Part shown: in pieces, positions 23,988 to 34,488 of the stretch
Numbering within the stretch: position 1 is the stretch's first letter
Layout of the letters: the number at the start of each line of letters is the position of its first letter
Origin: Cyanidioschyzon merolae
Lineage: Eukaryota
Direction: 5' to 3' (one strand)
DNA length: 64,000 bases
Assembly (NCBI GenBank): GCA_000091205.1
Contig: AP006498.2
The notes under the pieces: generated by a model
Database searches by the model: none
The model's input: the letters and a program-made list of their open reading frames with translations, nothing else
What the model was told of the DNA's origin: nothing
Program-made: the position numbers and the translations under genes

Positions 23988-24953
23988 ATGAAGAGAACAA
24001 AAGGAAGCAATCTTCTGGTATTTCACCTCAGTTGTGCTCCATTCCCCGGGTGCGTGTCATCAAATGCTTTCTCGCAGTTGATACAAGGCGCGTGTGAAAA
24101 GCGTCCATTTTCAAAAACAGCTCGAAGGGAAAAGTATGGGCATGGAAGCCGGGCATCCTCGAGGCCCGGTGTCGCAGCCTGCCATGAAAAAAAACGAGAA
24201 AAATCCTCTTCTCGTCGACCTTCGAGCGAAGAAGAAGAAGAGAGTAGTGATCGGCGACAACAGGTGTTTGCCCGACAGGACGACGACGAGACCGTACTGG
24301 CACAGAGGGCAAGCGTTCGAGGACTCCCTGCAATGCTGAGTTCAACCAGCGCCAATGCATGCAAGACGTTCGTGAACCGAGACTTGAACGGCGCCAGCCA
24401 TTTCAGAAGATATGCGGTGCTGAATTCGAGACCTGAAGAGCTGAGGCTATCCAATTTTGTGGGGAAGCCTCTCAGGCTCGAAGCATGCCAGGAGGAACTG
24501 AAACCAATAACAAGCGGCCGATCGAAAAAAAGGCCCCGAGGCGCCATTGACTGTGTATTCGAGTACGCGCTCGAGCCGACGCCCTCACTGGTACCGCGAC
24601 GCCGTTCTGCGGTCGTGCAACGATCGCACCAGTGCTATAGACGCTATTGCGGACGCTCTGGACAGGCATTCGGCGCACGACAGAACCTACGAATCGGAAA
24701 GTATATCCGAGCACAAGTACGGTTCATGAAACTTGGAAGAGCTTCGAAAGAAGGGCGCGCTGATACCAAGCGCCGACTCGCAAAACCCAGACTTCAATGT
24801 CCATGTTTGTCCAGAAAAAAAATCAGCTGGCGGGCCGGCGCGCACGCAGCTGGGCGCGGGACGCAACGGGGCCGCAGGGCGTCACGGCAGCGGGTCATTG
24901 TTTTCGTGCATCGCTTGGTGCAATTGTTGTTGGTGTTGTTGTCCTGTTCGTAA
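23988..24953 (+). CDS. Hypothetical basic/Ser-rich protein (321 aa), no recognisable domain
   Basis: Longest ORF in an otherwise unassigned 1.5-kb gap. No motif support. Confidence 0.15.
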   Translation: MKRTKGSNLLVFHLSCAPFPGCVSSNAFSQLIQGACEKRPFSKTARREKYGHGSRASSRPGVAACHEKKREKSSSRRPSSEEEEESSDRRQQVFARQDDDETVLAQRASVRGLPAMLSSTSANACKTFVNRDLNGASHFRRYAVLNSRPEELRLSNFVGKPLRLEACQEELKPITSGRSKKRPRGAIDCVFEYALEPTPSLVPRRRSAVVQRSHQCYRRYCGRSGQAFGARQNLRIGKYIRAQVRFMKLGRASKEGRADTKRRLAKPRLQCPCLSRKKISWRAGAHAAGRGTQRGRRASRQRVIVFVHRLVQLLLVLLSCS

Positions 24954-25127
24954 GGAGCGGGTTGCGGCGTTCACGGTGGATAGATTGAGGCCTTTTATAG
25001 TGTTCGATAGTGGGAGCGTCTTTATTTGGGGATTCACGTGCTGCAGACGAGCAACAGCGGTCGGAAAACGGCAGTTGTCTCTGTTGTGCTGCTTACCCGC
25101 TGGTAGAGACCGCGCCGGCCTCGGCAG

Positions 25128-26123
25128 GTGGCGGCGGCGGTGGCGGCGGCGGCGGCGGTTGTGGTGGTAGTGTTTCAACAGCGCCTCGGCACGTCGTCGT
25201 TGGCAACCCAGGAGACTAGGCTCGTACCTGGGCTGTCGAGAAACGCGTCTTTCCCGGCAGCGCGGTCCAGGTCTTTCTCGGCATTGAAGGGCGCGATGGC
25301 GGCCGCGGCGGCACCGGGCTCGACGCCTCCTGGGACGCCCACAGAGTACGACCCCTTCCGCTTTCGTTCCATCGAGCCCGATCTCCGAGTGGCTATGGTT
25401 ACGGGAGCGACCGGTGTGCTCGGGCAGGCGACCGTGCGCGCGTTTCTGGACGAGGGGTTTCGGGTGGTTGTTCACGACAACTCAGTGGAGGACCTGAACG
25501 CACTTGTCGCACAGCTGGGTGCAAGTGCAACAGCCGAGGCGCTCTACCCCATCTGTTTCGATATATCGCGACCCGAAGCAGTTGCTGCGGCCATGCATCG
25601 AATCCAAACTGACTTTGGTCAGGTTTATTTCCTCGTGAATAATAACGCTGTTGTCAGCGCGACGCACGCGCTCGACACCTCGCCAGAGGATTGGCAGTAC
25701 GCCTTTGCACAGAACGTGCATAGCGCTTTCTACATGTCGCGAGAGGTTCTTCCGGCGATGCGCGCGAAGCGCTTCGGGCGTATTATCAACACATGCAGCT
25801 TGGCCGGCAAGACAGGAGGCATTACCACCGGTATTGCCTATTCGACGACCAAGGGTGCGCTCCAGACGCTGACATTCAGTCTCGCACGCGAAACCGCTCG
25901 AGATGGCGTCACTGTGAACGGTATCAGTTACGCGTACGTGCAGACGGCGACTCTGGAACGATTTCCCAAAGAGGTTGTCGATCAGCTGCTTAGCAGCATA
26001 CCCGTTGGTCGATTCATGCGACCAGAAGAATTTGCGTTCGCTGTTATGTTTCTGAGCTCCCCTATGGCTGGGTTTATCACAGGCGAAATTGTAGATTTAA
26101 ATGGCGGTCTGCTCACAGACTAG
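25128..26123 (+). CDS. Short-chain dehydrogenase/reductase (3-oxoacyl-ACP-reductase-like). The ORF as listed begins at a GTG inside a (GGC)n tract; the probable ATG is near 25296.
   Basis: MVTGATGVLGQATVRAFLDEGFRVVVHDNS is a Rossmann TGxxxGxG motif. NNAVVSATHALD ... CSLAGKTGG ... YSTTKGALQTLTFSLARE is the SDR catalytic S-Y-K region. Confidence 0.8.
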   Translation: MAAAVAAAAAVVVVVFQQRLGTSSLATQETRLVPGLSRNASFPAARSRSFSALKGAMAAAAAPGSTPPGTPTEYDPFRFRSIEPDLRVAMVTGATGVLGQATVRAFLDEGFRVVVHDNSVEDLNALVAQLGASATAEALYPICFDISRPEAVAAAMHRIQTDFGQVYFLVNNNAVVSATHALDTSPEDWQYAFAQNVHSAFYMSREVLPAMRAKRFGRIINTCSLAGKTGGITTGIAYSTTKGALQTLTFSLARETARDGVTVNGISYAYVQTATLERFPKEVVDQLLSSIPVGRFMRPEEFAFAVMFLSSPMAGFITGEIVDLNGGLLTD

Positions 26124-27282
26124 GTAAAGTATTTTTGCACAAAACGTTCGGCGGAACAGAGCGGCGCCCTACCGCTCTGCGCTTGTGTCAGCGACGCGTT
26201 TCGCTTCTGGCTCCAGATCGTCCGGGTGTCGTGTCCGCGTCGTCTCGACCAAGGTCGCGTGCTGCAGCTCACCCTGGGTCAGTATTTGGGCGTTTCGTTG
26301 GAGAAAACGGTCGAACTTGCGCCTGTTTTCCTTTTGATTGCGGGACAGTCTCCGCTTCGGACGGCTAAAACGAACCCGTCCATCGAGTAGAACCAACGTC
26401 CGCCGCCAGAAGCAACCGTAGTTCATAACACTAAGCCGAAGAGGCCGCTTCTGTAACCGTTCACGTGCACCAACGCGTAGATGGCGAAGAGGAGGCGACT
26501 TCGCCTGCGGATCGGCGGGCGACGGCGCTCCGATTGCAGCGCGTCGGCGGCAGGCACGCGACAGTTCACGACTGGGTGCATGGATCACGGACTCGGGTGG
26601 GATGTTCGTTAGACTCAACACTCCGCTGCCTGGAAAGAAGCACTGGTGGATGCACTGTGAGCTCAACTCGTGGCCAGTCGAGGTCCATGGAACGTTGCTT
26701 TTTTTCTGGGAGTCTTTTCCGCTGGCGAAATGGGTGGTTCCGGCTTTGTCTGTGAAGGGATCAGGTTCAGGAATGGCAATGATCACGTGAGCGCTGCACT
26801 ACGCGGGAACGCGTGCTCTTGAACGAGGAATAGCATCCCAAATATCGATATATTTCGTTTGAATGACTTTGTCACGCTGGAGGAATCACTGGCAGCTGGC
26901 TGGTGCGAAATCCATCACGATTTGCGTGATGCGAGTCCGTTGCTACCGCTCCCGATACATGCGTTGGCAACCTGCTTTCGAATGACACTTGGTGAAGATA
27001 ACGGGTCAAGGGCGGGGCCGCGTCGAGCACTCTCACAGGCCTGAATTCCATCGTCGCCGCCATTTTCTGCAAGCGTCCTTGAAGATCGCGTCTCGATGCG
27101 AACTGCACTTCACACGGCGTATGGCGAGTTGCTTCGCGATCCGCGCCCCAGAGACATCGGGTGGATTTGCGCTCGCTGAACGCTATGTTGGTGGTGTTTC
27201 GCCTCCGGAATACACGACCAAGATCTCGGGCTCGTCGCGGTTTCATGGCTTTCCGTTTGTTCGAGCTCAAGCTGTTACCATG

Positions 27283-28112
27283 TGAGCAGTGAATCTGGAT
27301 TAACAGGAGAAATGTATCCAGTTCATTGCAAACACGTCGCTGGACGACTTGGTGTTGACTCCGATAGCATAGGAGTACAAAGACCCGTCTCGCCAAAGTA
27401 AGCCGAGCCACGCTCAGCAGGTGGATGACGCACACGTCTCGTCATCCGCATCCAGTGCGCAGTGCATCCGAAACAAATGCCATCAAACTCCATCCGCACA
27501 CCTGTATCGTCGTCAATCCATTCCCCCCATTTTCCCCATTTCCGGAACAGACGACTAGTTCAGAACAGAGCAGACGCCGTGCTCGAATAAGAGCGATCCC
27601 GCCGCCACGAACATGTATTCCATGTGGTCTGCACGTATGGGGTCCGGTCCCATGACATCACTGTAGACACATGTGTATAGCACTATGCTGCGTCCGTCGT
27701 GCGCTACAACTGGCCTCTGCGAGCAGAGACCAGGCATTCGAACATCGTCGCGACGAGCATTTGCGAGGCTCATGCATGGCCTCTCGGCTCAGGGCAGACA
27801 GCGGAGACACGTTTACCGCCATGATGGAGACAGTCAGAATATCTGTGTGCATGCACTTTGTGTAACCGACGCCTGAGTCGAGCAATGAAACTCCTCTCCA
27901 ACCGTTCGAGGTGGATGACGAGCAAGTCTCGGTGGCGGGCGTGAATTCCGGTTTCATTGATATGGGCGCCGTCGCCGAGCTCATGAGGGGGTAGGGGACG
28001 GAGCCAGAGACCTCCAAGGCATGCAGCTGTAGCTGCTCAGTTCTGCCAGCGCACGGCAGTATCGGGAGTCGGGCATGATGGACACGAAGAGACATCCCGG
28101 GAGCTAGAATTC
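27283..28112 (+). repeat. Direct repeat copy 1 (~830 bp, ~98-99% identical to 39546-40423)
   Basis: Overlapping ORF translations are nearly identical between the two copies (e.g. MTHTSRHPHPVRSASETNAIKLHPHTCIV ... differing at 2 residues). Sequence identity read directly. Boundaries are near gagcagtgaatc (5') and cccgggagctagaat (3'). Confidence 0.85.
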
Positions 28113-28501
28113 CAGCAAGTCTGGAGCGCGGACAATCCACCTCGGACACCGATCTTCTCGGCCGTTTGCGAACGGTAATCGTGTTCTATTGCTCGAGATT
28201 CCCGACTGTACCACATCCGGTATCCGCTGCATGCATGCGTTGCGCGACCAGGCCGCCACCATCTAAAATCCTCCATGGTGGTAGCACGAGCGTCTGCAAC
28301 GCCCATCGACATGATGCACTGCTCGGAGACGCTTGCCAGGGTGGTGCAGTTGCTGCACCGGGACGCCGCTGCGTCGTTCGACCCGCGCGCCATCCTTCAT
28401 CAACGTGATCCGGCTCTGTCGATGAAACTCGTTCAGCAATCAAGTCATCGAGCAAGCGCGGAGAATGCATCACAGTGGCGATTTCCTACGCAAGTAAATT
28501 C

Positions 28502-29167
28502 TCATACAAAAGCAGTTTCGCTTTTGGAACCGTCTTCATTGGGTCGCCCTTCCGGGCTTGCGCACTCGTCAGGGCCGTCGAGGTAACGCTTCACAAGCTG
28601 GAGCGCTTCCTCCAGTTTGATGACAACGCCCTCGACGTTGCGTGCTTGCGCATCGGAAACTTCTCTGGACTCGGAATCCTTCAAGCTTGCAATTGCTGCT
28701 TCAATGTGCTTCCCGGCATCTTGGACTCGCGCCCGCCACTCAAGCCGCTCCTTCATGCGTCTGCGCAAACGATCGAGCTGCTCCTCCGTGAAAACCTGCC
28801 TCGACTGCCAAACATCCATCAGCTTCTCAAAGCGCTCATCACCAAACAATACATCCAAGTGATTTTCCAATCCCGCAAAGAAGAGACTCGCAAGTTGCTC
28901 CAGTGTCGATACAGGGAGGCGGTGGCGCGCGTGCTGCAGCACCTCATTCGCGACATACAAAAGGTGTAAACGTCGCTCGCGATCGCTTTCGGTAAACACT
29001 TGCACCCATTCTTGAACGAGTGAGGATGCGAACGTTGGCGCCATGAATAGGATGAACTGCGCGAGGGACTGGATGGACTCCAGGTTCGGCTGGATCGTTG
29101 AGAGACGCCGTTGGAAGTTCGCGCGCGAATATCGGAGTCTTGCGCGGTGCTCACCTGATTCTGCCAT
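28502..29167 (-). CDS. CID (RPR) domain protein, Rtt103/RPRD1-like
   Basis: N-terminal LSTIQPNLESIQSLAQFILFMAPTFASSLVQEWVQVF ... RLHLLYVANEVLQHAR matches the CTD-interacting domain. The C-terminal half is coiled-coil-like. Confidence 0.7.
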   Translation of the reverse strand: MAESGEHRARLRYSRANFQRRLSTIQPNLESIQSLAQFILFMAPTFASSLVQEWVQVFTESDRERRLHLLYVANEVLQHARHRLPVSTLEQLASLFFAGLENHLDVLFGDERFEKLMDVWQSRQVFTEEQLDRLRRRMKERLEWRARVQDAGKHIEAAIASLKDSESREVSDAQARNVEGVVIKLEEALQLVKRYLDGPDECASPEGRPNEDGSKSETAFV

Positions 29168-30858
29168 TGCATCAACCTATGCCCGTTATCGGGTTTCACT
29201 TGTCTGTAGGAAGCGTTCACTCGGCGTTCTCGAAGGACACCAAGGCTCCGAAAAGGGTCGCACACAGCGGGTACGTTCCGAGGAGCACACGATCCAGGAC
29301 TAGGTTCCTCGACTTTTCGTTCCGCAGGTGTCCGAAAGAAGCCGCGCACACACTTTCGTACAGTACAGCGTCCACGTTTGGTCGAGTCTCTAAAGCGACG
29401 CGCCAGAGACCGCTGAAACTCCTGCGGCGGTGTGCTTCGCGCTCGGATACCTCACCGTCTTGCCCCTAGGTCGCGTTGCAGCAGCGACTTGGAAGAATAC
29501 CCGCAGCTTGGCGTTGAATGCAAGCGCTGGTCACAATCACTAGTTTAAGCCAAAAACACGAATAAAGGTATGGCACGACAGCACTACCAAGTACGAACTA
29601 TCCAATTTCCGTACGGCTCCAGGATCAACGCACTTGCGTACAGCGCACGTCGACTGCGCGGACGCTCTTAGCATCGCGAATCCATACAAAGCGCGAGGTC
29701 TCTCGTCTGTCTCCGATACCGGATTCCTGAGCCGAACAGGGTTTTCTTTCGATCCGCATATGCTATCATAGACCAAAGAGAAAATTATCGTTCCTCTACA
29801 AGGTCGGCACTGTTCTCGAATAGCTGTAGGCGGGTGTCTCCGTATGAAAACGGGTTCGAGCAATCTGGCGATACGCTGGAGGCATCGCAGACGAGGCACT
29901 TGTCCGAGTGAGGCGCATTCGTTTCGAGGCGGCCTTGCGAGCAGCAACTCGAAGCGCGCACGACGCGACAAGCGCAGTCGTCCGCGTACCCTATTTTCCC
30001 TGATGCATCATCATCATTATTATTATTATTATCATCATTGCGCTGATGTGAATCCCCACCATATCCATTAGCTATGCGTTCGCATTGGACAGGAGCTTCG
30101 CGAAAGCGGCCGCAAAGGCATCTGAAACCCATCCTGTACGCCTCCGGTGACTGCAAAGGCGCATTCGAGCGCCACAGCCAGCGCCCGCCGATGACGCTTC
30201 GCGCATCTACTCACCGGATCGATGATACCGTTCTTCCATGGGATACGCTGGACTGATACCGGGGTACGTGGAACTCGTCCGCATAGAAGCAGAAGCGCCG
30301 TCCCAGATTATCAAAAGCAAATATGTTTCCAGAAAGTCTGTGTGGCATCATCGACCCTGCACGAAAGCAAACAGGCAGCTCAACTGACAGCGCTGGCAGG
30401 CTGGAGCGTTTCCATGATCACGCGCCTGCGTCCAGCATCCAGGGTTCAGCGGCGGGCGCGGTCGCGTCGCCGCGGTGGCGGAAAGCCGCGCCTCGCACGC
30501 AGGCGCTGTCCATCGCGAGGAGCGACAACGCTACCGTCTATCAACGGAAACTACTGTGCTGCTGTCGAAAGACTGGGCATAGTGACTGGTAGAGGACGCG
30601 TTGACCTAACGAGTGCCTTGTGCACTGAAGACAGTGTAAGGTGTCCGCTTGGAGGAGCCGGCTACTCCGGGTTCTTCGGTACAACTGCAACTTGGCTTGG
30701 TGTTCGTTGCCTCGGCGGGCGACGCCTCGGTGTGCGTTTGCGGTTGTGTTTCGGGCGGTATCTGGCGCCATACCTGAACCTTGTAACCTAAGCTATCTGA
30801 TTCGCCGCGAGGTAACGTCGCAGAGCTGTGCAGTACCGCTGAGCGGGCCGTTGTCCGA

Positions 30859-32118
30859 GTGCATCGAATGGGCACAGTGCGTCGCAAGCCGCCGTGCTCT
30901 GTTGCCCGCGTCTACGCGCACGTGAACGAGAACCGCCCCCGCGAATACTGGGACTATGAGAACCTCGTGGTCAACTGGGGTAATCAGGATAACTATGAAG
31001 TGGTTCGAAAAGTAGGTCGGGGGAAGTACTCCGACGTGTTTGAGGGTATCAACGTCGTGAACGGCGATCGGGTCGTAATCAAAATACTCAAGCCGGTGAA
31101 AAAGAAGAAAATTAAGCGAGAAATCAAGATCTTGGAGAATCTCTGGGGCGGTCCGAACATCGTGAAACTGCTGGATCTCTGTCGCGACCCCGTTTCGAAG
31201 ACACCGTCTTTGATCTTCGAGTATATTCAGAACACTGATTTCAAACAGCTGTATCCGGCGCTAACGCTGAACGACATCCGCTACTATGTCTATGAAGTAT
31301 TGAAGGCGCTCGATTACGCGCATAGTATGGGCATTATGCATCGTGATGTCAAGCCGCACAATGTCATGATCGACCATGAACGACGCGAACTCCGACTGAT
31401 CGACTGGGGTCTAGCCGAGTTCTACCATCCCGGACGACTGTACAACGTACGCGTTGCCTCCCGGTATTTCAAAGGACCTGAGTTACTCGTCGATCTTCAA
31501 GATTATGATTATTCCTTGGACATTTGGTCGCTTGGGTGCATGCTTGCCGGCATGATCTTCCGAAAGGAGCCGTTCTTTCATGGCCATGATAACCAGGACC
31601 AGTTGGTGAAGATCGCTCGCGTGCTCGGTACCGATGACCTTTATGCCTATTTAGCAAAATACGGCATTGAACTGCGCGCTTCCTTCGCGACGTTGATTGG
31701 GCGACACAGCAGAAAACCGTGGGATCAATTTGTGGTGCCCGAAAACGCACATCTCGTCACACCAGATGGCATCGATCTGCTGGAGCACATGTTACGATAC
31801 GATCACCAAGAGCGCTTTACTGCACAGGAATGCATGGCGCATCCATTCTTTGATGCAGTGCGGCCACCGGCACTCGTCGAGACGCTGCCGACAACCGCGG
31901 AACCGAGTGACGCTGAGAAAAACGCTCACGTATCGGAATATGCGGTGCCTGAGAATGGAGCTATTTCCCCGCGATCCCTTGCAGTAGACGGACCGCAGGG
32001 AGCGCGCCGCTCGATGGGTACCAATGCCTACGAGCGGGGAGCCGCATCAGCGACTGCGTCTGCCGTGATGCGGGTGGATAATTCAACCCTGTGGACGAGC
32101 AGCTCGGGTGCGAGTTAG
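30859..32118 (+). CDS. CSNK2A: Casein kinase II catalytic subunit alpha with C-terminal extension
   Basis: [48 protein letters not shown] ... [34 protein letters not shown] ... is near-identical to the canonical CK2alpha signature sequence. Confidence 0.95.
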   Translation: MHRMGTVRRKPPCSVARVYAHVNENRPREYWDYENLVVNWGNQDNYEVVRKVGRGKYSDVFEGINVVNGDRVVIKILKPVKKKKIKREIKILENLWGGPNIVKLLDLCRDPVSKTPSLIFEYIQNTDFKQLYPALTLNDIRYYVYEVLKALDYAHSMGIMHRDVKPHNVMIDHERRELRLIDWGLAEFYHPGRLYNVRVASRYFKGPELLVDLQDYDYSLDIWSLGCMLAGMIFRKEPFFHGHDNQDQLVKIARVLGTDDLYAYLAKYGIELRASFATLIGRHSRKPWDQFVVPENAHLVTPDGIDLLEHMLRYDHQERFTAQECMAHPFFDAVRPPALVETLPTTAEPSDAEKNAHVSEYAVPENGAISPRSLAVDGPQGARRSMGTNAYERGAASATASAVMRVDNSTLWTSSSGAS

Positions 32119-32651
32119 TAGCGAAGGTCGACCAAAGACGTCGCCGAGGGATACGGAGTCCAGTTCATTGGTATTATGCGCACCACAGAGACAGGTCGTG
32201 GAATCTCGGGCTCCAACTGATAAAAAACGAGTCGTGTTCAACGGTTTCTCGTTCCGGAGATCTCAACGTGTCATGCACAGGCGTGCACGATTCGCTCGGC
32301 ATGCGTTATCGTGCGGGTCACCTTTCCGTACGCTCTATGCAGCATCTTGGGCTGAGGTCGCCATAGCGTCTCGCGGCATTGACGCCTATCACTTCGTCGC
32401 ATGGAAGATCGAAGGGAATTGGCTCGAGATCATCACACAGTGTCTCCAATCATCTTGCAGCCGGCGGTCTCACGTGCGCACGGAATTTGTCCTTTCGGGG
32501 AGTTTCGCGCTCGATACCAATGATCATGGATAAACCACGGAGATGTGACGTAAGACCAAGATCTTTGTGGGGACGCGTCCAGTCGACGCTAGCCGCCAAC
32601 GGGCAGCGCACGCTGCGCTACGCGATCCACGGGTAACGATCCTCTCCCCTT

Positions 32652-33689
32652 TTACTGAAACTTGCTAGCGATCTCTAAAAACTCTTCGATATCTTCAGCG
32701 CTGCCCATGAACACGGGTACTCGCTGGTGAATATGTCGCGGTCTGACGTCCAAAATATCCTCCCTGCCGGTCGTGGCCTTGCCACCGGCGACCTCCATCA
32801 AGAACGCCATCGGCGCCGCTTCATACAGGTACCGCAACTTGCCATCCTTGCTCTTGCTGTCCGCGGGGTACATGAAAACTCCCCCGTACAGCAGCGTCCG
32901 ATGAACATCAGCCACCATGGATCCGATGTAGCGCAGAGAGCGCGGTTTCCCTTTCTCAGGATACTTCATGCGCTGCACGAACTCGCGAACAGCTGGATCC
33001 CAGTCGCGGCTATTGCCCTCATTGATCGAGTAGATGGTCCCGCGGGGTGGACAACGCATGTTCGGGTGCGTTAGAACGAATTCCCCCAGCGACGGATCCA
33101 GCGTGAACCCGTTGACAGTCTCACCTGTTGAGAAAACGAGGTTCGTCGCGGATCCGTACATGGCGTAGCCAGCAGCAACCATCGAGCGACCGCTCTGCAG
33201 CATATAGCGATTGACGTCCTCCGACGAGTTGAGTTCCTGCGGGTTATCGATGTGATAGATGCCAAAGATCGTGCCGATAGAAACGTTCGCGTCGATATTC
33301 GAAGAACCGTCCAGCGGGTCGAACGCGACGGCATAGTGGCCGCGCAAGGATGGGTCCACGAGAATCGCCAGCTCCTCCTCCTCGCTGACCAAGCACGCGC
33401 ACTTCTCCGATGCAATCAAGTTCAGTTTAAAGGTGTCGTTTGCTATCACGTCCAACTTTTTCTGGTCTTCTCCCTGAATATTCTGGTCGCCTGCGAGACC
33501 GTAGAGTTTCGCGATACCGGCGCGCCGCACACACGACTCGATGACCTTACAGGCAAGCTGCACCGCGGACAGCAGCAGCGTCAAGTCGCCCTGTGCTTCG
33601 CGGTGGCGCCGCTGCTCCACCAGCACGTAGCGGGTGAGGGTCATTGCCTCCGTTCCCTCAAGAAAAGTAGGGGCCCCCTTTGTGGTCAT
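32652..33689 (-). CDS. FBP: Fructose-1,6-bisphosphatase class 1
   Basis: The 345-aa ORF has LTRYVLVEQRRH ... GEDQKKLDVIANDTFKLNLIAS ... SEEEE ... DPLDGSSNID ... GKLRYLYEAAPMAFLMEVAGG, which are FBPase active-site and metal-binding blocks. Confidence 0.95.
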   Translation of the reverse strand: MTTKGAPTFLEGTEAMTLTRYVLVEQRRHREAQGDLTLLLSAVQLACKVIESCVRRAGIAKLYGLAGDQNIQGEDQKKLDVIANDTFKLNLIASEKCACLVSEEEELAILVDPSLRGHYAVAFDPLDGSSNIDANVSIGTIFGIYHIDNPQELNSSEDVNRYMLQSGRSMVAAGYAMYGSATNLVFSTGETVNGFTLDPSLGEFVLTHPNMRCPPRGTIYSINEGNSRDWDPAVREFVQRMKYPEKGKPRSLRYIGSMVADVHRTLLYGGVFMYPADSKSKDGKLRYLYEAAPMAFLMEVAGGKATTGREDILDVRPRHIHQRVPVFMGSAEDIEEFLEIASKFQ

Positions 33690-33872
33690 AGTTGTTGTTT
33701 AGGGTACTCGCAACAAGTTTACGCGAACCCGTCTATGACTGGTGTCGCCGGAGAAGTAGTAGCAGCACAAATAGCAGCTGCACCTCACGGGAAAGAATGG
33801 TTCAAAAGGCGTTCGCAGCGCAGCGCAGCGCAGCGCTGATCGGAATCGACGGCGGCTGCGGCGCGATCACAC

Positions 33873-34060
33873 GATGCACATCGATGCGCTTTCCGATGCA
33901 CATCGATGCGCTTTCCGATGCACATCGTTGCGCTTTCCGATGCGCTTTCCGATGCGCTTTCCGATGCGCTTTCCGATGCGCTTTCCGATGCGCTTTCCGA
34001 TGCGCTTTCCGATGCACATCGTTGCGCTTTCCGATGCACATCGTTGCGCTTTCGCAGCAG
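33873..34060. repeat. Tandem minisatellite: 22-nt unit (gatgcacatcgatgcgctttcc) x3-4 interleaved with a 12-nt subunit (gatgcgctttcc) x7
   Basis: Read directly. It lies ~180-370 bp upstream of the FBPase start codon (minus strand) and downstream of the PRC1-like stop. Confidence 0.9.
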
Positions 34061-34488
34061 CGCAAGTTGCGCATTCGAAGGATTCCAGGCGGAATTTGCG
34101 TGCGTGTCGAGCGTCGAGGTCAGATAACATGCATAACAGCAAACGGTATGCAAGTGGTGTTGCTTGACCCGCGACCAACGAGTGCTACGGAGGCCTTGAC
34201 CTGCTCCTGGGACGGTGATGTGGCGGTGGTGCTTTCTTTCGCATGCTGCATGCACGAGCGCTGGACTTGATACATGGGAACCAGCAGTCCTTAGTCAATG
34301 TTCGGGGGTAACGCAATCACATTCGTTCACGCAGCCGCTTGCATACCGTCCACCGGGAAGCGGACGACTAGGGGCGTTAGGCGCTCGCGGACAAACGCTT
34401 CAGCGAAAACGCGCATCTGGAGCCAAGACGAACGGACGCGACGCCAGAGGCAGGTTCAGCAACTAGATCACAACGCTTCCGATACGCG

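Noticed and set aside
33873-34060. Possible CRISPR array (regularly spaced direct repeats)
   Set aside because: The units are contiguous tandem copies with no unique spacers between them. The units are 12 and 22 nt, too short for CRISPR repeats. The context is a eukaryotic promoter between FBPase and a PRC1-like gene. This is a minisatellite.
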